35,027 nucleotides of DNA. Source: a virus. Taxonomy: Duplodnaviria; Heunggongvirae; Uroviricota; Caudoviricetes. Within the stretch, counting starts at the first letter, position 1, and each line of letters opens with the position of its first letter. Both the position numbers and the translations under genes were made by a program. The stretch is from the IMG/VR virus record IMGVR_UViG_3300031417_000415; one strand, given 5' to 3'. The notes beneath the pieces were generated by a model. That model saw nothing but the letters and a program-made list of their open reading frames with translations. It was not told the origin of the DNA and made no database searches. Positions 8,214 through 16,270 of this stretch are shown in pieces.

Positions 8214-9357
8214 TCGTCTGAAGGCCTCGCCCGCGACGCCGAGCGGAGACACCTCGCCGGTGGAACGCAGAGCGCAGAAGCTGTTCCCTCAGGAGAACGC
8301 AGAAACCGCAGTGCGCATGGTGTCCGGAGCGCTCAAGACGTTCGTCCAGGATGGCCAGGATCTGGAGATGCGGATCGCGACCGAGGCGGGCATCCTCGCA
8401 AGGCTGGATCCCGAGGACCTGGCCGACCGCTTCCAGTCGACGAACCTGCCGAGGCTCGACGGCTACCCGGACGAACACGACGCCAGACTCGCCTGGATCG
8501 AGGACGTGCTGCGGGCAGAGCACCGGGACGTGTGCGAGGGGCGTATCGCGCTCATGGACGCGCTGCAGATCGCCGTGTCCTGCCGAGGGTATGCGGTACG
8601 CGAGAGCGACGCTCCCATCGGCCTTGGCCGCGGGCCGGCACGTTCGGGAAGCGACGTCATCGAGCGCGAGGCGCTGCAGATCGCCAGACTGCCAGACGGC
8701 CTGCTGCGCCAGCGCTTCAGAAGCGTGCCTGGCGCGGCCGAGGCGGACATACCCGCCATCCACCGCCAGGACGCCCGCACCGAGTGGATCGTGCGCGCGC
8801 TCGAGGCGGCCGAGACACGACAGCTGTGCCGGCTGGCCGATGCCGCGACCGATGGCACATGGGTCGAGGACCTGACGGTCACGGTCGAGGGGATCGAGCT
8901 TCAGGTCTCGCAGGACGACCGTCTCGGATTCACCGCCGAGCTCGGCGTCTCGGGCATGCGGATCTGCCGGGTGTCGTCGACAGATCATGACGCACTGGCG
9001 ATGTCGCACTGGCAGCCAGGCACGGGGCCGGGCGAGATCGAGGCGGTCGAGGACTATCTCGCGACCAGGTGGGCCGCGGACGACGGCGCACCGGCGAACC
9101 TGCAGGATCTCGTCCTGGACCGGGTGTCGATGCACGTGGCGCTCAGCGGCTACCATGCGGCGACGGCGCACAGCGTGCTGTTCTGCCCCGATATCGGCGC
9201 TGCCGAGCCGTATCTGATCGAGGTGATCATCCCCGAGGGGGGCACCCGGGAGGACACAATCGCATACGTGCGCACGCTGAACGACGAGGCCGTGATGCTG
9301 GACGAGATGCCAGAGGAAGACGCCGCCCTCCTCTGGGCATCCCTGTCGGACGCCTAG
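8200..9357 (+). CDS. hypothetical protein (385 aa) with an internal duplication
   Basis: SD GGGAGA then ATG at 8200; two similar segments EAxxxARL..L..RF.S...DAR..WI...L.AE. Confidence 0.7.
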   Translation: MRWLDRLKASPATPSGDTSPVERRAQKLFPQENAETAVRMVSGALKTFVQDGQDLEMRIATEAGILARLDPEDLADRFQSTNLPRLDGYPDEHDARLAWIEDVLRAEHRDVCEGRIALMDALQIAVSCRGYAVRESDAPIGLGRGPARSGSDVIEREALQIARLPDGLLRQRFRSVPGAAEADIPAIHRQDARTEWIVRALEAAETRQLCRLADAATDGTWVEDLTVTVEGIELQVSQDDRLGFTAELGVSGMRICRVSSTDHDALAMSHWQPGTGPGEIEAVEDYLATRWAADDGAPANLQDLVLDRVSMHVALSGYHAATAHSVLFCPDIGAAEPYLIEVIIPEGGTREDTIAYVRTLNDEAVMLDEMPEEDAALLWASLSDA

Positions 9358-10121
9358 CGGCCCTGCCCCCCGCTCAGCGCGATCTGCTGGCGGTGCATGT
9401 GCTGCGGATCGATGCGGACCTTCGTCGACCCCTGAGGATCGATGCGGACCTTCTCGGATCCCTGGGGATCGATACGGACGGGAGCGGCGGCGGCGAGCTC
9501 CACCCCGTGACGTGCGCCGACCGACGGCGAGGTGCGGACGGGATGACCGGCCTGCTGGGCGTGCGTCGCCGGCGTGACGCCGGTCCGGACGATACGGGCC
9601 TCCTCGGAACGACGCGCCATGGTCTGACGGCACTCCTCGACCACCTCACGCGGGACCGCGCCACGCGCCTCGCGCGCGGCAGCCTCGCCGCCGACGACGT
9701 AGGCGCCGGCGCGGGCGTCCATCGCCACGGCCACGGTATGGCACTTAACCGCCTTCGCGCGGTCGGGAGTGAGGGTTCCCTGCGCGGACTGCTCCATGGC
9801 GCGGGTACGCTCGGCGGCGAGACGGATACGGTCGCCGATGTACCCGCCCGGCGCCGAAATGCCCGACGACATCTCGCGACGGCTGCTCACGTCGATCGCA
9901 GATGCAAGCGCCTTGCGATCGTCGGTCGTCAGGCTGCGGCTGGCAGGATCGATCCTCGGCAGCGTGCCCGACGGAAGCGCCTTGCCGGCGCCGTTCTCCG
10001 GCGTCGCGCGCGCGACGCTCGTCCTCATCTGGCGCAGGGCCCCGAACAGCTGTCCGGCCTCCCCTGCCTGATGTCGCTCCATCCGATATTCCACCGCCGG
10101 AGGCGGCATGTCCATGGCCAT
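9354..10121 (-). CDS. hypothetical protein (255 aa) with C-terminal 10-aa repeats
   Basis: Only convincing minus-strand gene; SD AAGGGA; fills the gap between + genes; shares a CTAG stop with the convergent gene; VRIDPQ repeats. Confidence 0.6.
   Translation of the reverse strand: MAMDMPPPAVEYRMERHQAGEAGQLFGALRQMRTSVARATPENGAGKALPSGTLPRIDPASRSLTTDDRKALASAIDVSSRREMSSGISAPGGYIGDRIRLAAERTRAMEQSAQGTLTPDRAKAVKCHTVAVAMDARAGAYVVGGEAAAREARGAVPREVVEECRQTMARRSEEARIVRTGVTPATHAQQAGHPVRTSPSVGARHGVELAAAAPVRIDPQGSEKVRIDPQGSTKVRIDPQHMHRQQIALSGGQGR
9406..9479. repeat. about 2.5 copies of a 30-bp coding tandem repeat
   Basis: GGATCGATGCGGACCTTC at 9406 and 9436, GGATCGATACGGAC at 9466; encodes VRIDPQGSEK/VRIDPQGSTK/VRIDPQ on the minus strand. 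Confidence 0.85.
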
Positions 10122-10216
10122 GATCGTTTCCCTTCTGGAGAGGAATGATGTCAGAAGACATGGCGGCAGTCGATTCGGAATCGTGCGCGAATGATGGGCC
10201 CGAACGGAGGATCACC

Positions 10217-10564
10217 ATGAAGAGGGACAGGAAGGGGCCGCAGTCGACGACGTCGCCGGCCGGAACGGATATCTGCCGATGCGGCGGCGTACGGCAGGAG
10301 CCTCCGATCGATCAGGACCGCGCCGAGGACGTGTTCGACATTCCGCTGGGATCGGTTGTCACGTCGGCCGAGACGGGCAGGCCGTGGGTGTTCTTCGGGT
10401 GGTCGTCCAACACGGCAGGGACTTACCCAAACTTCATCGAGGCGCTGACGCCGGCGCGGTTCCCGGGCGTTCCCCACTACGACTACCACGCGGCCTTCGC
10501 CGACACGCTGGAGCGCAAGTTCCCCAACGTCGCGCGCTTCCGCGGGACGCCTGAAAAAGGCTAG
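10217..10564 (+). CDS. hypothetical protein (115 aa)
   Basis: GGAGG SD at 10206; protein-like segment PLGSVVTSAETGRPWVFFGW; alternative start 10145. Confidence 0.55.
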   Translation: MKRDRKGPQSTTSPAGTDICRCGGVRQEPPIDQDRAEDVFDIPLGSVVTSAETGRPWVFFGWSSNTAGTYPNFIEALTPARFPGVPHYDYHAAFADTLERKFPNVARFRGTPEKG

Positions 10565-10722
10565 GCTGGTCTTGCCGGACGGCCTGCGGCTGCCGGGACG
10601 ACCGCAACACCGACACGGATGCTCCGCAGCAGACGGAGCCCTGCAGTCTTGAACCGGGAGACCGGGAATGCCTGGAAGACGCCATTGGATCTTCAGGATG
10701 GCAATATGACCGGTGACATCAT

Positions 10723-10956
10723 ATGAATCGTGCCATCGTGCTTACGTCACGTACATGCCCCTCCAGATGGATAACGCCGGTGGATATCGCCTTCTCCGCA
10801 ATCGGATTCGTCCTCGACCTTCTGTTCTTCGGTGCGTTCTCACGCGATCCGCACGAGCGGATGCATCCACGCTATGGCATCCCGCGTGAGCGGGTACGAT
10901 CCATGAAACGCACAGCGCAGGGTCGCGCGGAGCTGAAGAGGATCAGGGAGCACTGA
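10723..10956 (+). CDS. small membrane protein (77 aa)
   Basis: One hydrophobic helix (IAFSAIGFVLDLLFFGAF) followed by a basic tail. Confidence 0.45.
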   Translation: MNRAIVLTSRTCPSRWITPVDIAFSAIGFVLDLLFFGAFSRDPHERMHPRYGIPRERVRSMKRTAQGRAELKRIREH

Positions 10957-11124
10957 TCAGCCGACAGGAGCGAGGCTTCGTCGAGACGGACGTGGCGCTA
11001 CGGAAGCAACCAAGGCGCGGGGCTCCCGAACGGTGATGCGTCATGCATAGATCGAGGGATCGGGTCGGAAGTACCCCGACCTCAGAACAGATGCATATAG
11101 ACGACATGTACGAGGAAAACGAAG

Positions 11125-11568
11125 ATGTGCGACCAGTGCAACGCCGACCCGCTATCCTACGGCGAGGTCATTCCGGGCTGGATGCTGATGCGGGCGCGTC
11201 AAGACGGCATCAGGTGGAGGAAGGACGATTGGGGCCTCGTCTGCTCCAACGATCCGACCTTCACCTGGACCAGCACGCCGACGCCATGCCCGCTGTTCTG
11301 CATGCCCGACGAGGAAGATCAGATGGCATGGTTCGACGCGCAGCCAGAGGGCAGTCCCGACGTCAAACGGGCATTGGCCTACACGCCCGACGACTTCAAG
11401 GAGGCGTTCATGATGGATGCAGGGCTCGGCTACGACCTCGTCGTGGCGGCCATGACCTGTGGCTACGATCCAAATGATGGCGGCGACTTCCATGCATGGT
11501 TCTTCGACCATATCGGCGAGTATCTCAGGACAGCGACGGGAACCGGACACGCCAAGCCGCAGCCATGA
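11125..11568 (+). CDS. hypothetical protein (147 aa)
   Basis: SD GAGGA; MCDQC N-terminus; acidic/aromatic composition; stop overlaps the next ATG. Confidence 0.7.
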   Translation: MCDQCNADPLSYGEVIPGWMLMRARQDGIRWRKDDWGLVCSNDPTFTWTSTPTPCPLFCMPDEEDQMAWFDAQPEGSPDVKRALAYTPDDFKEAFMMDAGLGYDLVVAAMTCGYDPNDGGDFHAWFFDHIGEYLRTATGTGHAKPQP

Positions 11569-11756
11569 GCCACGTGGCAGTCTGCTCGGCGCGACCGCGC
11601 CCTTCCGTGCAGAACGACCGGAGCAGGTTCGGCAGCCAGTGGAGGAGGCGGGACATCTATCACCTGCAGGGCGACGGAAGCCGCACGCTATGCGGACGCG
11701 ACTGCTCGGAATGGCTGGTCGTCGGCGACATCGACAAGATCGACAACGACTGCTGA
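11565..11756 (+). CDS. small zinc-finger-like protein ending at an in-frame TGA (63 aa; 78 aa if read through to 11801)
   Basis: ATGA overlap; YHL...TLCGR...NDC-TGA-TRCA; the TGA sits at the expected first Cys of a CxxC. Confidence 0.5.
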   Translation: MSHVAVCSARPRPSVQNDRSRFGSQWRRRDIYHLQGDGSRTLCGRDCSEWLVVGDIDKIDNDC

Positions 11757-11804
11757 ACGCGATGCGCCGACAGGGCGGGATCGTCGCTTCCGAAGGGATA
11801 GCCG

Positions 11805-11834
11805 TTGCCTTGACGTTCCCGTTCATCCTACAAT
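11805..11834 (+). promoter_or_regulatory. putative sigma70-type promoter containing CATCCTACAATC
   Basis: TTGCCT-N18-TACAAT upstream of the HsdR_N-like gene. Confidence 0.5.
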
Positions 11835-11886
11835 CCCTCGACTGCGGCGGATGTCCCTTTCCGCCGTCACCAAGCGAGGAATCACG

Positions 11887-13191
11887 ATGGACGTCGAACG
11901 TATCCGATCTCTGCAGGCGCGGCTGCGCGCCAACCGTTCCAAGGTGCGGACCGACGAGGCCGCACGCGCCGCGCTGGTCCTTCCGTTCATCCAGTCGCTC
12001 GGCTACGACGTGTTCGATCCCGAGGAGGTCGTGCCGAGCTTCACCCGAGGCCAGGGCCGCGCCGACTTCGTCGTCCTCGACGGCGAGCGGCACCGGATGG
12101 TCATCTCGCTGGCGCAGGACCCCGCGGACCTCACTTCCGACCGTGCCATGCGTCTCGCGGAATGCTTCGCCAACGTCGGCGCGACGACCGCCGTCCTGAC
12201 CGATGGCTCGCTCTACCGCGTGCATACCGACGCCGACCAGCCCGGCCGCATGGACGAGGAGCCGCTGCTCTCGGTCGACCTCGGCGGCGCCGCCGACGTC
12301 GATCCGTCGGTCCTCGCCGGTCTCGAGAAGCACACCTTCGACATCGAGAGCCTGGCGACGGCCGCCAAGACGCGTCGCTACGACGAGGCCGTGCGGCGCG
12401 CCGTCGGGGACGAGCTGGCCGATCCGTCGGAAGGGTTCATCGACATCATCGGCGGACGGATGCGCTCGGTCGGGTTCGAGCCGCGCGACGATCTGTTCCA
12501 GAGCGTGTCGGCGATCTCGCTGCATTCGCCCTCGCCCGCAGGCTCCGTCGCCGACGGCGCGCAGGCTGCGGTCGAGATCCAGTCGGGCGACGACCGCGTC
12601 ATGACCCAGGACGAGATGCTGGGATACCACATCGTCCGGGCGCTGGCCGCGCGCCACATCGACGCCAGCCGGATCACGGTGCGTCCGGCGCAGTCCTACT
12701 GCGCGATCCTGCTGGACGACAACAACCGCAAGTCGATCGGCCGCCTGCACTTCAACAGCCAGACCGTGAAGTACCTCGGCACCTTCGCCCACAAGCTGGA
12801 GACCCGTCGCCAGATCGCCGGTCCCAACGGCATCTACGACCTCGAGTCCTTCATCGTCGACCGTCTGCGCGAGCTCGACCCCAAGGCGTTCGGCCTCGCC
12901 GAGACGCCGGCCTCGATCAGCCGCGACGAGCAGGACGCAGGCACCGGCGATGACGACGTGACCGACGTCGAGACCGTCACCGCTCCTGTCGGGGCGGAGC
13001 CGGAAGCAGCCGCGCCGATCGTCGCCGAGACGGAGCCGAGGGCTCCCGTCACGTCGTTCGAGGACGGCATCGACGAGGAGCGCCGCGAACCAGGCGAAGA
13101 GGGCCAGGACGACGACGGCCAGGACGACGATGCGCAGGACGGCGATCGCGGTCGCGCGACCGACCTGCTCGGAGACCGTCAGGACGACTGA
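11887..13191 (+). CDS. HsdR N-terminal (type I restriction endonuclease-like) family protein, probably nuclease-dead, with an acidic tail
   Basis: TDEAARAALVLPFIQSLGYDVFDPEEVVP and C-terminal SYCAILLDDNNRKSIGRLHFN typify this family; the expected ExK is replaced by ISLA; SD GAGGA. Confidence 0.75.
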   Translation: MDVERIRSLQARLRANRSKVRTDEAARAALVLPFIQSLGYDVFDPEEVVPSFTRGQGRADFVVLDGERHRMVISLAQDPADLTSDRAMRLAECFANVGATTAVLTDGSLYRVHTDADQPGRMDEEPLLSVDLGGAADVDPSVLAGLEKHTFDIESLATAAKTRRYDEAVRRAVGDELADPSEGFIDIIGGRMRSVGFEPRDDLFQSVSAISLHSPSPAGSVADGAQAAVEIQSGDDRVMTQDEMLGYHIVRALAARHIDASRITVRPAQSYCAILLDDNNRKSIGRLHFNSQTVKYLGTFAHKLETRRQIAGPNGIYDLESFIVDRLRELDPKAFGLAETPASISRDEQDAGTGDDDVTDVETVTAPVGAEPEAAAPIVAETEPRAPVTSFEDGIDEERREPGEEGQDDDGQDDDAQDGDRGRATDLLGDRQDD

Positions 13192-13212
13192 CGCCTCTCG
13201 AAGCAGGACCCG

Positions 13213-13245
13213 GACCGCCTCCCGTCGTGTCGACGGGAGGCGGTC
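13213..13245. other. perfect 15-bp inverted repeat (hairpin) without a U-tract
   Basis: GACCGCCTCCCGTCG-TGT-CGACGGGAGGCGGTC, just downstream of the HsdR_N-like stop. Confidence 0.85.
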
Positions 13246-13408
13246 AACCCCACGAGACACCCCTGACATCCGCCGACGTCTCCCCGCGCGCCTACGGGTC
13301 AGGGTCGAGAACACATCGCTGGCGCACACGCCATCGCCCGATGCATCCTCGGACGGCAGCCCCGACACCGGACCGGACCCCGACAAGAACAGCCTGAGGA
13401 AAAGAGAC

Positions 13409-13990
13409 ATGGACTGGGCGGACCTCTACCGGAACACGGTGCGGCACATGCTCCCCGGAGCGCAGCCCTATGCGGACATGCTGCGACGCTTCGTGCTCGC
13501 CAACCGCGAGCCGATCGCGACCTGGATCGTCGAGGCGCAGGCGATGCTCGAGGGCTATGGCCGCATCCGCGAGGAGAGCGACCTCGCCATGCTCGCCGCC
13601 ATGGTGGAGCGCGGCACGCTCGCCATGCTGCCGGCCGTCGCCATGGCCGACCTGGTCGAGCAGGCCGCCCGTGCCAACGGACGCGAGATCCTCGTCGGCG
13701 CAATCGGCCACGGCCATCTGGTCGCATCGCTCCCTCTCGACGCAGACGGGGCCGAGGACATGGCGCGCACGGTGACCCGCACCGTAGCGAGGCATGCCAT
13801 GAACGGCGTGAACTGGCTCGGCATCGCCGCAAGGAACTCGGCGGCGGCACCCGGACGCCGCGTCGACATGACCGCGGACGCAGAGCGCATGCGGATGGAT
13901 CCGGTGTGCATCATGGCCGCGAGCGTCGTCCTTCCCGCAGTGCCCATAGCGCGCATCGCGGACATGCTGAGCGCGAGGGCCGCGGCGTGA
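13409..13990 (+). CDS. hypothetical protein (193 aa)
   Basis: SD GAGGA/AGAG then ATG at 13409; helical, Ala-rich; GTGA overlap with the next gene. Confidence 0.65.
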   Translation: MDWADLYRNTVRHMLPGAQPYADMLRRFVLANREPIATWIVEAQAMLEGYGRIREESDLAMLAAMVERGTLAMLPAVAMADLVEQAARANGREILVGAIGHGHLVASLPLDADGAEDMARTVTRTVARHAMNGVNWLGIAARNSAAAPGRRVDMTADAERMRMDPVCIMAASVVLPAVPIARIADMLSARAAA

Positions 13991-14550
13991 GCGCGCCCTC
14001 CATCACTGCACGGGAGCGCCGCATCCTGATAGCGGCAGCCAGCAAGCTGACGACGTCCAGCCAGCCGGGCGAGCGCGAGGGGGTCTTCCAGCGCATCAAC
14101 GGCGAGCTCGACCGCCTGAAGATCACGTGGGGCGAGATCTTCGAGAAGGCCCTGCCCCAGCCCGAGGACGCCGCGCCGAAGAAGCCCGAGCCGCTGGATC
14201 TCATGGCAGCGGCCGACGCGATGATGGGCGGCTTCGCGGACATGATGGCCGGACGAAAGGCTCCGCCTCCTCCGCCCAGACCCGCAGGGCGACGCCACCT
14301 GGCGGGCGACGAGATCCCCCGCACGATCAGCGGCCGCATGACGATCATCGACGAACGGCAATGGCGAGGCGGCTCGATGATGTTCGTGAACGTCACGAGC
14401 GACGAGTTCGTGTATGGCCCCCTGATCATCTTCCAGGACATCTCGCAGGAGACGGCCAGGAACGCAGGTGACGGAACGGTGACCGGCAGGGTCGATCAGC
14501 CGCAAGGCACGGCACAGTCGCCGGTACTGCACGGACTGACGATGGACTGA
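13987..14550 (+). CDS. hypothetical protein (187 aa), N-terminal helical motif plus possible OB-like C-terminus
   Basis: GTGA overlap; KLTTSSQPGEREGV...LKITWGEI resembles a motif common in phage/MGE proteins; beta-rich C-terminal part. Confidence 0.6.
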   Translation: MSAPSITARERRILIAAASKLTTSSQPGEREGVFQRINGELDRLKITWGEIFEKALPQPEDAAPKKPEPLDLMAAADAMMGGFADMMAGRKAPPPPPRPAGRRHLAGDEIPRTISGRMTIIDERQWRGGSMMFVNVTSDEFVYGPLIIFQDISQETARNAGDGTVTGRVDQPQGTAQSPVLHGLTMD

Positions 14551-14559
14551 TACACGAGG

Positions 14560-15015
14560 GTGGAGAACAAGATGCTGCATATCATCGGGCACGAGCTTGC
14601 CCACCGCACGATCGCGCGTCTGCTGGGAGCATACGACGTGGTGATCCTCGATACCGCGCTCGAGCCCGAGGAGGAGGGATCGAAGTTCCCGTTCTCGCCG
14701 GCGCAGTCGTCGCTCCGCAAGCTCGTCCAGAGCATAGCGAACACCAGCGGCCTCAACGTGACGCCGTTCGCACCCGACGACAGCGGCGTGTCCCCGGGCG
14801 ACGGCCCCATGGCGCTCCACGTGGTCGTCGGACTGCATGCCCTGGACGACCTCGAGGCAGAACGGATCGAAGGCTTCATCCGGCACTACTCGTCCATGAA
14901 GAACGCATCGTCGCAGCGCCTGCTCGTGCTGACGGACTCCGTCTTCGTCCGCGGGGAGCCGCACGGCTGGGCGGCCGATCCCCGGATCGCCGTCGTACAC
15001 ATCGAGGGCAGCTGA
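14560..15015 (+). CDS. hypothetical protein (alpha/beta, about 150 aa)
   Basis: GTG start after GAGG (or ATG 14572); alternating beta/alpha pattern. Confidence 0.6.
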   Translation: MENKMLHIIGHELAHRTIARLLGAYDVVILDTALEPEEEGSKFPFSPAQSSLRKLVQSIANTSGLNVTPFAPDDSGVSPGDGPMALHVVVGLHALDDLEAERIEGFIRHYSSMKNASSQRLLVLTDSVFVRGEPHGWAADPRIAVVHIEGS

Positions 15016-15032
15016 GCCCCAAGGAGGACCTC

Positions 15033-16166
15033 ATGGTCGAAATACCGCTTCCCGCGCACAGCGTGGTGCTGATCGTCGGCGGCCGCAGGGCTCCGCTCGC
15101 GGAGGTCGCAGACCGCGTGCCGGCGTCGGCCGCTGCACCGTGGAACGTCCAGAAGCCGGACGCCTCGCTCGATCTGCTGCACGAAACGCTCGGCATCGCC
15201 AGCATCGTACGCGTCTGCATGGCCGATTCGAACGGCAAGGCCCGCCGCGCCGTCGCATCCGCCGCGCACCGCCGGGGCATGAGGTGCATCTGCATCCGGC
15301 TTCCCGGCGCCGCCGTCTTCGATGCCGCCGACGAGAAGATCGACACGGCCTACGACGTAGCCGCGCCCGGCGACGTCTCCTTCCGGATCGTGCCCATGCC
15401 GTCGGACCGCACCGAACTCGCCGGACCGTTCGACATCGTCGGCGACGTGCACGGGTGCCGGGACGAGCTGACGGAGCTGCTGGGGCTCCTCGGACACCTC
15501 GACGAGGACGGCGAGATGCGTCGCCACCCCGACGGACGCATACCCGTCCTGCTCGGCGACCTCACCGACCGGGGCCCCGACAGCAGGGGCACGCTCGAGA
15601 TCGCGCGACGCCTGACGGAGATCGGCGGCATCGTCATCCGCGGCAACCACGACGACAAGCTGATGGGCTGGCTCCGTGGCAAGGACGTCGAGGTGAAGGC
15701 GGGCCTCGACGTGACGATCGGACAGCTCTCTGACACGACGCAGGAGTGGCGCCTGGACATGGCCGCGTGGATCGGCACGCTCGAGTCGCACCTCATGCTG
15801 GACGGCGGCCGCCTCGCGGTCGCCCATGCCGGCATCGACGAGGAGCATCAGGGGCGCCACACGCGCGGCGCCTGGTCGATGGGACTCTACGGGCGGCCCG
15901 TGAAGGGCGGCACCGAGCTCGACGAGCACGGCTTCCCGCTTCGCGAGGACTGGGCGCTGACCTATGCGGGCAGCGCGACGGTCGTCCACGGCCACGTCGT
16001 CCACGACGAGCCGCGCATCGTCGGCGACGTGGTGGCGATCGACACGGGCTGCGTCCACGGCGGCCGGCTGACGGCCTATCGCTGGCCCGAGCGCGAGTTC
16101 GTGTCGGTGCAGGCAAGAGCGGTGCATTTCGCAAGGGCGGAAACAGTGGAAGCGGACCCGACCTGA
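15033..16166 (+). CDS. Pnkp/PrpE-like metallophosphoesterase with a degenerate N-terminal polynucleotide-kinase domain
   Basis: GPFDIVGDVHGC, GDLTDRGP, RGNHD, AHAG, VHGH, IDTGC..GGRLTAYRWPE are typical of the bacterial Pnkp phosphatase; the N-terminus aligns to the Pnkp kinase but lacks the P-loop; SD AGGAGG. Confidence 0.85.
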   Translation: MVEIPLPAHSVVLIVGGRRAPLAEVADRVPASAAAPWNVQKPDASLDLLHETLGIASIVRVCMADSNGKARRAVASAAHRRGMRCICIRLPGAAVFDAADEKIDTAYDVAAPGDVSFRIVPMPSDRTELAGPFDIVGDVHGCRDELTELLGLLGHLDEDGEMRRHPDGRIPVLLGDLTDRGPDSRGTLEIARRLTEIGGIVIRGNHDDKLMGWLRGKDVEVKAGLDVTIGQLSDTTQEWRLDMAAWIGTLESHLMLDGGRLAVAHAGIDEEHQGRHTRGAWSMGLYGRPVKGGTELDEHGFPLREDWALTYAGSATVVHGHVVHDEPRIVGDVVAIDTGCVHGGRLTAYRWPEREFVSVQARAVHFARAETVEADPT

Positions 16167-16270
16167 CATCCGCGGCCTCCAGAACGGCCGATCCGGCTAG
16201 ATGAGCGATTGCTAGACGCCGCCGACATGGTTTAAGGATAGATAATAATATCATCCTGAAAGCGACCACC

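Noticed and set aside
10434-10685. 83-aa minus-strand ORF in the gap after 10564
   Set aside because: It overlaps the plus-strand gene by 131 nt and has low-complexity Ser/Arg composition.
15033-16166. Classical Pnkp-Hen1 system
   Set aside because: There is no Hen1-like methyltransferase in the window and the protein lacks both a functional kinase and the ligase domain.
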